Part shown: piece by piece, positions 1 through 11,537 of the stretch
Numbering within the stretch: the first letter of the stretch is position 1
How the letters are laid out: the number at the start of each line of letters is the position of its first letter
Assembly (NCBI GenBank): GCA_000934665.2
Contig: JYFJ02003870.1
Coordinates: forward strand, 1-37,711
Length of the DNA: 37,711 nt
Direction of reading: 5' to 3'
Origin: Catajapyx aquilonaris
Lineage: Eukaryota
Translations under genes and position numbers: made by a program
Notes under the pieces: model-generated
What the model was told of the DNA's origin: nothing
The model's database searches: none
Seen by the model: only the letters and a program-made list of their open reading frames with translations

Positions 1-148
1 GGCCGCAGTGGCGCTTTCCCATGTTAAACTCGCATAGACGGTGGCGACACTGCGGAATTTTTCCATGAGGCTCCGTAATAAGCCGTGGACAACTACTGGC
101 GTAAATTACTCCTGAATGCAAATGACTTTTTAAAATACTACATTAAGA

Positions 149-498
149 TTATTTTATGTTATTTTATTTACCCCGTGATGCAACCCTAGGCCGCTTTAGG
201 GGGGTGGCAGACCACCATACAATTTTTCTCTTGTATTTACTTCAATCACCGGTGCAAAGAATACTAGGAAATTGGGTAAGGGTAGGGGATTTTGGGGAGG
301 GAACACATGTGCAGGTGCATGGTCCAGCGGTGGGCCAGGTGCAGTCCCCCAGGAGGTCAGGTTGCCAAGACGCCTCCTTAGGCGCGGGTCACGACCCAAT
401 GACGCAAGCGAAAGGTTTGTTCCCGGGTGGGGATTTGAACCCGGGACCTTTCGCATAGCAAGCCGAGACGTTACCATCTCGGCCACCGTGCCTCCCCC
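149..498 (-). mobile_element. tRNA-derived SINE, family A
   Basis: Minus-strand head has Pol III A box (TGGCCGAGATGG) and B box (GGTTCAAATCC), with an A-rich tail. TSD ACATTAAGA at 140-148 and 499-507. Homologous copy at 21279. Confidence 0.9.
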
Positions 499-507
499 AC
501 ATTAAGA

Positions 508-1058
508 ATATGGGAAAAGTACAGACTACATGTGTAAGAGAGAGGTCAGTTACACTTACACAAAAAGAAAAATCGGTTCTGCTGTTGTTAGTTAGCGAGA
601 ACTTTACTCCCAAATTATCTTTATCCCTCCCTTTAAAAATGTTTATCCAATACAACACTGCACTGGCCTCCAGTGCCTCCGTGGAGAGTTTTCAGTGTGT
701 GTGTGGGGGGGAGGGGGGGGGGGGNGGGAAGGGAGTTTTTACACCGAGAAGGGGAAAGCTTACTGATGCAAACTTTGAAAAGCAGCTATTATTAAAAGTA
801 AATGGAGGTTGATCATTATTTTGACTACGGTGATATTCTGTATTCGTATTACAGGGAGAAATGGGAATCCCCCATCCATCTACAGCAGCGGTGACAGACC
901 ACGGAAAAGTAACTTCATTAGTAACTACTGTAACTGTAACTCTGTAACTATAGCTACATTTTGGTCAAAGGAACTTGTAACTGTAACTAATATATTACTT
1001 TTGGACTGTAACTGTAACTGTAACCAGTTACATTTCAAAAGTAACTTACCCAACTCTG
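508..1058 (+). mobile_element. 3' end of a degenerate hAT DNA transposon (C-terminal dimerisation domain, subterminal repeats, TIR)
   Basis: ORF 510-812 reads MFIQYNTALASSASVE...VFTPRRGKLTDANFEKQLLLKVN, matching the hAT dimerisation motif YNTxLPSSAxVER...RxxLxDxxFE. It is followed by clustered GTAACT repeats (909-1047) and the terminus CCCAACTCTG at 1058. Confidence 0.8.
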
Positions 1059-1340
1059 CCATCCCCTTTGCATGGGAAATCGTTGAGAGTTCCCCTTGTC
1101 CATGCATGGGGTCAACAGGAATACGATGTCCTTTAGGACGATGTCCTCCAGGGGCGCCCATCCCCTTGGCATGGGAAATCGTTGTGAGGTCCCCTTGTCC
1201 ATGCATGGGGTCAACAGGAACACGATGTCCTTTAGGACGATATCCTCCAGGGGCGCCCATTCCCTTTGCATGGGAAATCGCTGAGAGGTCCCCTTGTCCA
1301 TGCATGGGGTCAACAGGAACAGGATGTCCTTTAGGGGTAT
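1059..1340. repeat. 99-bp tandem repeat, about 2.8 units, open in frame
   Basis: Equivalent positions at 1061, 1160 and 1259. The minus-strand ORF 925-1446 gives the 33-aa unit PKGHxVPVDPMHGQGDLxxISHAKGMGAPGGxR. Confidence 0.9.
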
Positions 1341-2252
1341 TTTCCCCAGAAGCGCCATTCCCCTCCTCGGAGGGCACATCTACGAATTCCTGTGATGATT
1401 CAGGCGAGCTGTAGGGATACACCAGACTCATCTGCAAAGAAGTCAATGTGAGTGAGGAAATGCTCCGCAGTGCCGGTTTTAGGAATGGAAGAGCTAGCTG
1501 TGCCTATTTTATTCCAGGGATATACTGTATATAACTTACAGTATTTTGTAACTCCCTCGGAGAGAGAGAAAAGACTTGATGACTTAAGGTCTGTTCTCAA
1601 AGCAGCGGGTTGGAGCAAAACGCTTGCTGGTTATGTGCAAATTGAGAAATTGTTATATTGCATAAATTTTCATTAATGTAGCGATTGTAGCCTAATTTAT
1701 AGAACAACAGACATTTGGATCGTTGTTCCATGACTTCCCAAGGTACTGAGCAGATTAACATTAGCAGTTGGGGAGTGCGATTTTTAGCTGTGTCGAGAGA
1801 CGCAAATAAGGTACTGCGCAGAATGACGACGCGATGGCTCCACTCAAAAAAGTACCTTATTGATGATCCTGATGATGACCGCACAATATGTATTGTAGAA
1901 TGGATTTATATTTATACATTTTGCATGCAGTCAGTTGCAATTGCATTAACTGAAACATAAATATAGCGCTTAAAATCAAAATCGCCTATTGCGATCAAGT
2001 TAATAGCAATATGCTCAGAGCTATTTGACAATAGCAGCATTTTAAACTGCTAAGGAATTTTTGTCCCATTTCTATAGTAGGCTACTATAGTCAGCTATAG
2101 TAGGCGCAGGGGAAAATGGCAGACAGGTTAGCTGCTACCGAAAACCGAAGTTCCGAACCGAACACACTGACCTATATGTTCTATAGAGGTCAATGACCTA
2201 TGTCAGTGGAACGAACAGAGCTGGAACAGAGGCGGGTGACGATCTTCATTTG

Positions 2253-2312
2253 TTTCCCGTAAATCCGTCGTTATTAATTGTTAACAATTAATAATGACGG
2301 ATTTACGGGAAA
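2253..2312. repeat. 60-bp spacerless palindrome
   Basis: TTTCCCGTAAATCCGTCGTTATTAATTGTT|AACAATTAATAATGACGGATTTACGGGAAA, one mismatch. Confidence 0.95.
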
Positions 2313-2390
2313 AATTCTGAGGAATTGGGGAATGTATAAATTTATACGTCTAAAATGTGCCACATGGCTTTTTCGATTTTACCTGTAATA

Positions 2391-2466
2391 CATATTATAG
2401 GCCTGAAAACACATTTTAGATGTATAAATTTATACATCTAAAATGTGTTTTCAGGCCTATAATATG
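2391..2466. repeat. 76-bp perfect spacerless palindrome, extending imperfectly to about 2362-2489
   Basis: 38-bp arms are exactly complementary, with centre GTATAAA|TTTATAC at 2428/2429. Confidence 0.95.
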
Positions 2467-3957
2467 CATTAAAATCGAAAAAGGCATGTATCAATATTTA
2501 AAAGCTCATTTATGGCACAGACGGTGCCCGAAAACCTGACCGTGAAATCGTGGCAACACCGCGACTCGCTAGTGAACTTCTTCAACCTAGTGCACTCTGT
2601 CGCACTAGTTATAGTGAGGACTTTTGCGGTGCATTAGCAGTGCATTAGCCAACGACTCTGAATACAGCCCATTAGCTTTTAGTATAGCTGAATAGCGGAA
2701 TCGCATTAGCTGTTACTGACGTGCGTCGCAGAATAGCAGTATTGCAACAGCTACTACTGAGTAGCAGCTACTTTCCATTAACAGTTACTCAAATAACAGC
2801 TGTAGGATAGTAGTTGTTGTTTCCACTGCGCTCAGACACAGCTACTGCATCGGGAATGATAGGGGGAGCAGGCATAGGACAATAAGAGTATCAAATAAAA
2901 TATTTGCCGCCGGGATTCCAATTCGATTCAAGATGGCCGCTGGTTGAGCAGTCTAATATGTATCTCAACCTCATTGGTCCAAACACAGCTTTTGTCTTGC
3001 TTGCGCGTTCGATCGATTTGTCTATCGAACGAATAGTTGATACCACGTTGATACACCTACAATGCGTCTATCCCTTGGCAACGGGTGTTCCAAACACAAG
3101 ACAACGTCACACCGTCCTAACACCGCAGCGAGCCTACTTTGCGACAAAAAGAATATGCAATGGGGTCGAATATCCGGGAACGAAATAGCGGGGGCGTAAG
3201 CTCCGGGAGGCCAATATTTTAGTTTTGGTTGTCTAAATGCACTCTCTGACCCACCGTGAGGCGTCTGCGCTGTCTGTCTGCCAGACGCCCAGACTTAAGC
3301 CCTTGACAAGTACAAAATGTTATCTTCAGAAATTGTTCGCATACAAATGATACAATCAATTTCTAACCACTAAAACAGCAGTGCACACATCAGCGCTGGG
3401 GCCGCAGCAAGTGCTACATACAGTTATACTAGCCTACTAGGTACTGTGGAGTGTCCTACCTCTTAGTCGTCAAAATTCACCTCCGGAGAGATATGCCAGC
3501 AGATTGAGACGGGCCCAGACGCGTTCGACTCTCTTCGGGGTTCAACTGAGGTCAAACGGTGTTCCATTCGCTCCTCCCACACCAGAATCCCGCCACAAGT
3601 TGATTTGATTATTTTATATATTTATTTGTAATTTTATATTAATATATTGTTATATATAATTATTTTAATGTTCTCTACACTTCCCCCTTCTCCCCAAATG
3701 ACCGGTCAATGACATGAACTTGACGTCGACAGTCGATCACGTGATTTCAAAAGAAGCGGGAATTCCACCCCCTCCCCCCCTCCCCATTTATGACGCAAAT
3801 GTTATGTTCATGAACTATTGGCACTTATAGTTTGGCTCTTACCCTCCTAACTCGTTGTAACAGAGCAGCAATCTTCGTAATTTGTTGAAGCGGCGAGTTA
3901 CCATGCTGGTCACACCCAAATTACTGTAATATGCACTTATGAATAAATGTACATAGC

Positions 3958-4083
3958 TTGTTCAGCAAAATATGGACATGACAATGTCACTTTCTCTAAC
4001 AATGATTGACAAGGAATGAGGAATGAGTCAGTCATTGTTAGAGAGAATGACGTCTGCGTCATGGTATTGTTTCACTGAACAAA
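3958..4083. repeat. Degenerate inverted repeat (probable MITE relic)
   Basis: TTGTTCAG...TCTCTAACAATGATTGAC pairs with GTCAGTCATTGTTAGAGA...CTGAACAA. Confidence 0.6.
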
Positions 4084-4599
4084 CTGTTGCTGATGCTTAT
4101 TTATTTATTTAATTATTTAAAATTTTAATCTTGTTTTACTTTTTAATTTTTAGCCAGACACATCCTCAGCATTTGCCGAAGGTGAAATCCAAGGTCCGGT
4201 TGTACGACTTGTACAGTACCATCTCTTGGAAACATTTTTAAAATTTAAATAGCCACAAAAAAATTTCATTTTGCTGAAAATCTTGTTGGCGACAGTACAT
4301 TTCTGGCTGTTCACCAGCGGGATAATTTGGGATAATGTCTCCTGGAGTCGGTGCAACCAGACCTAAGGGGAAGGAACACCGGAGATTTGATACTTGTTCG
4401 TAGCTCCAGTCTGGCGGAGTAAACTTTTTTTCCCTACATATCGTACAGGATGTGCCAATAATTGAAACCAGGCGTTGTATTGGCATCGGCCCATTGGATA
4501 TAGATTGCGGTAATTACAGACAATAATATATTTTCCCCACTTGATTGCTGACCAAATTGTCCCTCTTAGTAGTGAGTCACTTTTTATATTCATTCTTCA

Positions 4600-4963
4600 G
4601 GACTTATATGATCAAAATTTTCCTTGGTTACTGATCTATGAACCATCTTTATCATTGAAACTAAACCTATAGGGCTGTCCCAAGGCTAAACCACTTAGTC
4701 CGGTCTTATTTAAATTATCCTTATCAGAGGTCGACACTCACTTGATGGCTATAACAGTAGAAGTTTATCTGGGGATAACTTTGGTCCAAACAAAATTGAA
4801 ATTAAGACCCTCACATATGCAGATGATAATTATCATCCTTCTTGCAGAGAATCCCCTCAATAAGGTGCTAGGAAAATACTTTAGAAATAACCAATTAAAC
4901 ATTAATTTAACTAAAACTAATCAGACCACCATTGGCAAATCCATTCTGGAAAAGGGCAAATAA
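4600..4963 (+). mobile_element. Degenerate non-LTR retrotransposon (LINE) reverse transcriptase fragment
   Basis: Frameshifted motifs in the expected order: GLSQG/xPLSPVLF (about 4672), EIKTLTYADD (about 4798-4827), NQLNINLTKT (about 4890). Confidence 0.8.
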
Positions 4964-5025
4964 TTGACATAGCACCTGCCACCTGGTACAGGTAACAATG
5001 GAGCTTGTCATTGTGAAATGTTTAT

Positions 5026-5244
5026 TATAGATCGGTCAACATAAGAACGCAACCGAGTGTGGCGCACAGGATGCAATCCTGGAATGAGAAGTGATATGTG
5101 CGTATAAGCATGATATGATTTGGTGTAGGTTACACTTATTTCTGACACTGGCATGGCCATACAGATCACTTCTGATTCCAGCATTGCATCCTGTGCGCCA
5201 AAGCGATGCACACTCGGTTGCATTCTTATATTGCCCGATTTATA
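5026..5244. mobile_element. MITE-like foldback element
   Basis: Arms TATAGATCGGTCAACATAAGAACGCAACCGAGTG... and ...CACTCGGTTGCATTCTTATATTGCCCGATTTATA. Termini resemble the element at 27945. Confidence 0.75.
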
Positions 5245-5681
5245 TAGGCCTCACAGTTGGAAACGTCACACTGAGGCTACTCTCGCAATTGGGGGCCATG
5301 GAAAACCAGTCTTCGCAGGTCTAATTTAATCATACTTGGGATGACAGCAGATCAACATGAGACATGGATAGAATCTGAACACCTAGCGAGATGTCTTTGC
5401 TTGATATCAACTGAATCCTGATTTTCGACGTTTGGATATTGAGCAGTCCCATCGAATGGGAGACATTTCGGAACAACGACTACTGAGAGTGAAATTCCTT
5501 CGTTAGCAAGAAAAAGCTACTATCATATTATTACTCTACCACGATGGCATCTGGCATGGCAAATATCTTGAAAGGCCTAGCCCACCACTAAAATAAACAG
5601 TTCATCAATCATCCAAGTCACAAAAATGAAGTGAGAAATAACATCTTATTTGCACTAAAAATGCAGCTCTTAAAACAACAC

Positions 5682-5687
5682 TTTATT
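5682..5687 (-). promoter_or_regulatory. Candidate polyadenylation signal AATAAA of the FAM47-like gene
   Basis: TTTATT on the plus strand, about 130 nt past the stop at 5818. Confidence 0.5.
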
Positions 5688-5817
5688 TGCCATATTCTCC
5701 TTCTTTTTCCCTCCTTCCCCCAATCTCTCACTCCCTCTCATTCTCTCTCATTCTCTCCCTCTCATTCTCTCTCATTCTCACTCCCTCTCATTCCCTATCA
5801 GCCATGAAGGTAATTAG

Positions 5818-6208
5818 CTACTGGCGGTCACGTGTAGTCTTCGAGCTCCTTTTTTTAAGCGGCACACTTTCCCTCACCTTATGCCTCTTGATCAACACTT
5901 TCTCCAAAAATCGTGGTTTGCCATAGCCTTTCTGCTCCAGGAATTGGTTGTAGTTCTCAATGCTCGCTTCCATCTTTACAAGCCTTTTGTCTGCCAACAC
6001 CTTCAAAGGATTCCTAGCTGGAGGGGGGGGAGGGTAGACATGCTTCACATAATTGGGCCACCAATTTCCAACAGGTATGTAATACCGCCCGTACAGGTGG
6101 TTGCACTGGCGGCCTTTGGGAGGTGAGGTGATTTTGGTTCTTTCCTCAAGATGTTGCACTTTCCCAGGCACTTTTACAAATTCCATATTGGCATAGTATT
6201 GGGTACTC
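5818..6208 (-). CDS. FAM47-like protein, terminal coding exon 6
   Basis: Acceptor ctactttccag|G (phase 2 matches the previous exon). Encodes ...YGRYYIPVGNWW...YNQFLEQKGYGKPRFL..., then stop TAG. Resembles the FAM47 motifs YGAWYLxPKxW and FxxFIxxKGYRxPxFL. Confidence 0.85.
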
Positions 6209-6270
6209 CTGGAAAGTAGGAATGACAATCTATTGTCACATGAATAATATTGTGAACATGAGTTTAGGTA

Positions 6271-6696
6271 CAGTGCTGGACACAATAGCATATAACAAGT
6301 GTAAACAACGACTTTGGCGTTACCTGGCAACTGGTCGTGTTCGGACATCGTCATGTGGAGAGTGCTTAGCGTTCTTTCTGTCGTTGCCACTGTTTACAGG
6401 TAGCGATTGATGCTGGGACGAAGGGTGTGTGCATGCTTACCAATGCATGGCATCGGAATAAGCGGGCTGAGGGGGATATTATTTTGAGAAGGCGATTCGT
6501 TATTATCACACTATTGTCACTTTCCAGTATTAGTCAGGATGCATGGAGTTACTGAATGATCGGGAAGGAGTCCCCAGTGGCAACGACAGAAAGAACGCTA
6601 AGCACTCTCCACATGACGATGTCCGAACACGACCAGTTGCCAGGTACCGCGAAAGTCGTTGTTTACACTTGTTATATGCTATTGTGTCCAGCACTG
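6271..6696. mobile_element. Tc1/mariner-type MITE
   Basis: About 122-bp near-perfect TIRs (CAGTGCTGGACAC...GTGTCCAGCACTG), flanked by TA on both sides. Confidence 0.9.
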
Positions 6697-7015
6697 TACA
6701 TATATACTAAATCCATAGTTAACCTTAACATATGCCTACAAACAACCTGAGCTTAGGCCATCAGAATGAGCAGCCTGGATAACTATCAATATTCTGAGAG
6801 ATAATAGGTTACCAAGGGCAATAGAGTCCAGCAGGCTGATAGTTAATTCAGTCTGTGTATTCAGAGGACCTGGATCCATTATTATCCAGAACATTGGTTG
6901 CGAACTGTAGCTGGAATGCAGTGTGGATGCAGAATGGAACGAACAGGGTGTGGAATGGAATGTGATGAAGTGTCAGCATACAGGCTAGAGGAGGGTGAAT
7001 GAGAAGATTTCTTAC

Positions 7016-7206
7016 CTTTCTGTGGGTACCTTCGAATTGTCTGCTATGGGCAAGACTCCCAATTCATACTGCTTAGAGATTACAGCAGGAGTTATGTGGA
7101 TCTGTGGAACTTCCTTGAACAAGTTTTCAACGTCTCGTGGGCTTATATTGACAGGGAAATCCTTCCCGCAGAAGTTGACCAGCCACTCCGTGTACACCTT
7201 CGACAC
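7016..7206 (-). CDS. FAM47-like protein, coding exon 5
   Basis: Acceptor ccagcag|GTG, donor AG|gtaaga, 191 nt, phase 0 to 2. Encodes VSKVYTEWLVNFCGKDFPVNISPRDVENLF... Confidence 0.85.
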
Positions 7207-7230
7207 CTGCTGGTCAGAAACATGAACTCA

Positions 7231-8455
7231 CAAGGGAAGGTCACGGGGTAATAATGACGGATCTTGATGAAATTTAACATGCTAATGCAGGACAATATAA
7301 TTATGATACCCAGAAATGAAATATTTCGTGCGGAACCCCATATTTGCAAAAGTTATGACGTCTTAAAGTTCTAAAAATAATACATTTTCATACTCCATGG
7401 GATTACATTAGCAACCACATATAATGACATTGAAGTGTGTAATCAGTTTCTAGATATTTTCTCATCGGAAAAAAGTCCTACAGAACGGCTCTGGCCGTCC
7501 GTCCGTGGCCGTCTGTGAACAGGTATCAAGGCCTAAACCGTAAGAGATAGCGACAAACGGTTTTCATATTCGGATTGAGCGTGACCAAAATAGGTTTCAT
7601 GGTCAACTTCTGGTGACCCGCCACTTCCTGTGTTCCGGGTTCACTCTATCCGCACAAGTCTACTTTACGGGCGGGTTATCATTGGATTTCAAAGTTAGTT
7701 TCCGTGTATTCCTGACCGTGTTTTTCGGGGATTTACTCCGGGTTTTACCTCACGTGAGCGTGATTCGATGAGACCTTTTCTCATTCTTTCAGGGAGCATG
7801 TTAATCGATATATCGTAACCTAGGCAACATATCGATTCCAGTATCGGCTTGGGCGATAACATCATGGCGGCCGATGACGCTCATTGCAAACATGTCCAAC
7901 GTCAGGAATAAATTCCACAGCCCCTGTGCCAGAGAGTCAGGTAAAACCCGGAGTAAATCCCCGAAAAACACGGTCAGGAATACACGGAAACTAACTTCGA
8001 AATCCAACGATAACCCGCCGGTAAAGTAGACTTGTGCGGATAGAGTGAACCCGGAAGACCGGAAGTGGCGGGTCACCAGAAGTTGACCATGGAACCTATT
8101 TTGGTCACGCTCAATCCGAATATGAAAACCGTTTGTCGCTATCTCTTACGGTTTAGGCCTTGATACTGTCCACAGACGGCCACGGACGGACGGCCAGAGC
8201 CGTTCTGTAGGACTTTTTCCGATGAGAAAAGATCTAGAAACTGATTACACACTTCAATGTCATTATATGTGGTCGCTAATGTAATCCCATGGAGCGGTAT
8301 GAAAATGTACTATTTTTGGAACTTTACGACGTCATAACTTTTGCAAATATGGGGTTCCGCACGAAATATTTCATTTTTGGGTATCATATATTGTCCTGTA
8401 TTAGCAGGTTAAATTTCATCAAGATCAGTCATTATCACCCCGTGACCTTCCCTTG
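7231..8455. mobile_element. Large foldback non-autonomous DNA transposon
   Basis: About 520-bp highly similar inverted arms (7231-7750 and about 7940-8455), termini CAAGGG...CCCTTG, flanked by TCA on both sides. Confidence 0.9.
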
Positions 8456-8561
8456 TCAGATATCATTATGGAAATGGGATTAATAAACTAAAAACAGCCA
8501 ACCAGCTTGGTGCTCCCCAGATACACAAACTATACAGCCCCTCATGCCTTTTCACAATGTA

Positions 8562-9285
8562 CAGGATGTTTCTCAAAGTGCGCATTTCCCGTTGGATATA
8601 GGCCTGGTTCTGTCCAGCTTTTGTCATCTATGATACCTCTAACTTTGCCAAAAAGTCCTTTTTGTTGTAGAGAAGTTCCAAGTTTTCTTGTGACATCTCA
8701 ACTCGAGCAGGCTTCTGTTCAGGTGTGAGGCGGCTCAGTTCCCAATGGGCAGAGACCTTGCTGAGCTGAAGGTGTTGATAAAGGATGGCATCCACCACAG
8801 CCAAACCGATGTGCAGGACTATGTAGGCTACTACACTGTCAACCGCCTGTCTTACCATTATCATGATCCCCACAGCCGAGACACTTCCCTTGGTTACAGC
8901 AGTCGCTGGCCTTCCTGAGCAGGGATCATGATCTAGGTTCTTTCCCACACTTGAAGTGCGCAACCCATTTCTTAACAGTGGTATATGATGGACAAGCATC
9001 ACCCAGTGTTGAGTACAACTCCTTGTGGATACCCACAATTCTCATCATCTTCAATGTGAAATATTTGATGACAGCGCGCTGCGCCACTCAGAACTGTCCA
9101 CGTTACAGACTCACTGCACTTTGCACTGCCTCGATTTTTCCTCATTTGTATATGCTTCATATCAGGATGAAACAATATCCTGTGATCAGTGCAAAAATAT
9201 CTCTACATGATGCCTCATATTAATGTATACCAAGTAATATCAAACTAATTCAAAGAAAAGCCGCATACTTTTAGAATGCCCCTCG
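8562..9285 (-). mobile_element. Internally deleted mariner element (transposase N-terminal relic)
   Basis: DHDPCSGRPATAVT and LSKVSAHW...LTPEQK..RVE motifs. Terminus CCCCTCG|TA at 9285, with a degenerate partner TIR near 8562. Confidence 0.75.
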
Positions 9286-9460
9286 TACGTTCACTCATCT
9301 TGCAGGAGTCGAAGGAAACATGATGCAATAATTAAAACAATTTGTTGTACTTGATATTGTAATTTTTAAAATCCCAGATTAGCAGTTTTCATAACTTAAG
9401 GGGAGTTCGTCAGTTGGAACAACCTGTATTACGACAAAACAGTGACACCATCCAGCTCAC

Positions 9461-9644
9461 CCTGGCCACGCGCTGCTTGATCAAATGCGTCATTCTGATC
9501 TTATGCACGGCAGGAGGGGAATCATTCCTTTTCCCAAGCTTGGAGCTGTTTGGCTGGAGGTCTCCCTGGTTTTTTGTGGTGTTCTTCACAAAGACGCTGT
9601 AGGGATCATCTTTGCCCAAAGTGAATGACACTTTCCCATCATCC
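9461..9644 (-). CDS. FAM47-like protein, coding exon 4
   Basis: Acceptor gtttttctcag|G, donor AGG|gtgagc, 184 nt, phase 2 to 0. Confidence 0.85.
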
Positions 9645-9783
9645 CTGAGAAAAACACATGAAAAATTACACACAACTGGCAACATGTTCTCCTTATGCCT
9701 GTAGTAGTATATGTCTGATTTTCATAAAGTAACTTTTGTAACAGGAAAATGTGTTTTAGGTCTACTTTAGCAAGAAATTACTA

Positions 9784-10490
9784 CAAGGTGGTCGAAAAAG
9801 AGTGCCCTGATTCTAAAACCATATAACTCGCCATATCTATGATTTAAGTTTTTAAATGCTAATAAGTGTCTAAAGTTTTGGTCTTACCATAGTTTGTTTC
9901 GATATTAGCTCCATTTGTCACTCGAAATATGTAAATACGGTAATCACTAATCAGTGTTGTGGCTAACGCGCTCAGACATGTCTGGTGTTACCATTGAAAT
10001 CTTTCCCCGTAGGTGATGCAGATGCCGGATCTTTTCGCCATACATGTATCTCCACAAAAAAGTCAATTGGGGTAAGATCTGGGCTTCTGCGGGGGCTAGG
10101 CATTGGGAACCTTCTCATTCAAGACGTCGCACACTGGGGGCTGAACAAATGAAACTTTCCTAAGGCAGGTTTGTTTCATGGATGAAGCAACTTTTTATGT
10201 GCATCATCAAGAACAATGTGTGTGGTGTAAATACCCATCATGTCCAGCACCTGCGGGACAGGATCGCAACTGTAACTCTGGATATGATTGAGCGGGTTTG
10301 GCTCGAGACAGAAAACCGTCTTTTTAATTTGCTGAGCAACAAATGAAGCTCATATAGAAACAAACTACGGTGAGACTAAAACTTTAGACCTTACTTTAAA
10401 ACATTGTAAAACTGATATCATTTAGATATGTCTACAAGTTTTCGAGTTATATAGGTTTTAGAATTGGGGTATTCTTTTTCGACCACCCTG
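9784..10490. mobile_element. Tc1/mariner-superfamily derivative with two inverted transposase 3' ends
   Basis: TA|CAAGGTGGTCGAAAAAGA...TCTTTTTCGACCACCCTG|TA. SPDLTPIDF relic on minus (about 10060-10095), FMDEATF on plus (about 10175). TNGANIE-like C-terminus in both orientations. Confidence 0.8.
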
Positions 10491-10852
10491 TATATAAAAT
10501 TGTGTGATTGTCATAATTTTGGGCAAAATGTGCATTCTTGCATCATTTACATTTGGTAATAATACATGTGAAACACCCTGTATACTGTACCCCTGAAAAC
10601 CAGTTATTACACTTGGTGACTATAGCTACCTCCACTTCTGCAACAAAAAGCCAAACCATCAATTTAGCATGGCAGGGTGTTGCAGATATGTTTTAGTGTA
10701 CATTGCAGATACATCCCTAAAACCTGGGTTTGCCATTGTGATTACCGGTACTTGTTTGGTAAATTACTGGAAACAATTAACGATGGCATACCCAGACTTT
10801 AAAGTTACACATGCAGTGGTGCAACTGAGCCTAACTGTTATTTTTATTGCAG

Positions 10853-11014
10853 GCACCTGCTCATGTACAAAACGTATTTTCATCTGAAGATTCCTCTCCT
10901 GAATTGCGGGAGCTACTAAATCCAGTCACCTATGAAATGGAAAACCACACTGTTACCATCACAGACATTTCAGATATGGATGCAAATAATGCCAACCTCG
11001 TCACTTCAGATGAT
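10853..11014 (+). CDS. NOL12: Nucleolar protein 12-like internal exon
   Basis: Branch point CTAAC (10831), polypyrimidine tract and cag| acceptor, donor GAT|gtgagt, 162 nt, phase 0 to 0. VTYEMENHTVTITDISDMD resembles human NOL12 VQYDHPNHTVTVTTISDLD (recalled, not aligned). Confidence 0.7.
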
Positions 11015-11537
11015 GTGAGTAAACTACTGTATATTTAGATTTTTTTCTCTCACATGTTATTAAAGAAGTCCAGCCAATATGGTAGGAAATATGACTTGTA
11101 TGGGGCACTAGGTTGTGAATGGACAAGCTTCCCTCTTGAATTATTTTTTCGATTGTGGAGGAAGAAGCCTGGCATGTGTGATCAGGTGGCAGTTGTTTTG
11201 CGGAGCTTGGAATGGAAGGCCAGGGAGGAATCTGTGATACGGAAGCTGAAGTGTGTACATGAATCACGGAGTGGATCTTCACAAAGGAGAGCAAATAAGA
11301 TACACGGCGGAAGTTCAGTTCCCTCAATGCGTCACAGGAGGGTTGGTGCTGCGAGTTGGATTAATAAAGGGGCGCAACTACACTGTCTCCATTGTTTTGC
11401 TCACAATAGTATACATCATATCCCCGGCAGCAGTGCCGAGGAATAATTACAAGTACAGTATTAATTTATGAAATCTCAATAAATGTACTAGTAAATTTCT
11501 GCTTCACTATTCCATGGAATGTCAAAAGTGTGCTCAC

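Noticed and set aside
420..498. tRNA genes (also at 21030, 21279, 24077, 24465, 36206)
   Set aside because: A/B boxes continue into shared bodies with tails and TSDs, so these are SINE heads.
703..735. G/C homopolymer runs with N (also about 12728-12757) as G-quadruplex elements
   Set aside because: They contain N and are probably assembly joins of unreliable length.
4150..4593. Overlapping short minus-strand ORFs as an endogenous viral element
   Set aside because: No recognisable motif; not supportable by eye.
6209..6390. N-terminal extension of ORF 5818-6390 and its mirror ORF 6556-6750
   Set aside because: Both come largely from MITE TIRs; the true exon starts at the 6208 acceptor.
11054..11446. 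130-aa plus-strand ORF after the NOL12-like exon
   Set aside because: No convincing acceptor and no recognisable similarity.
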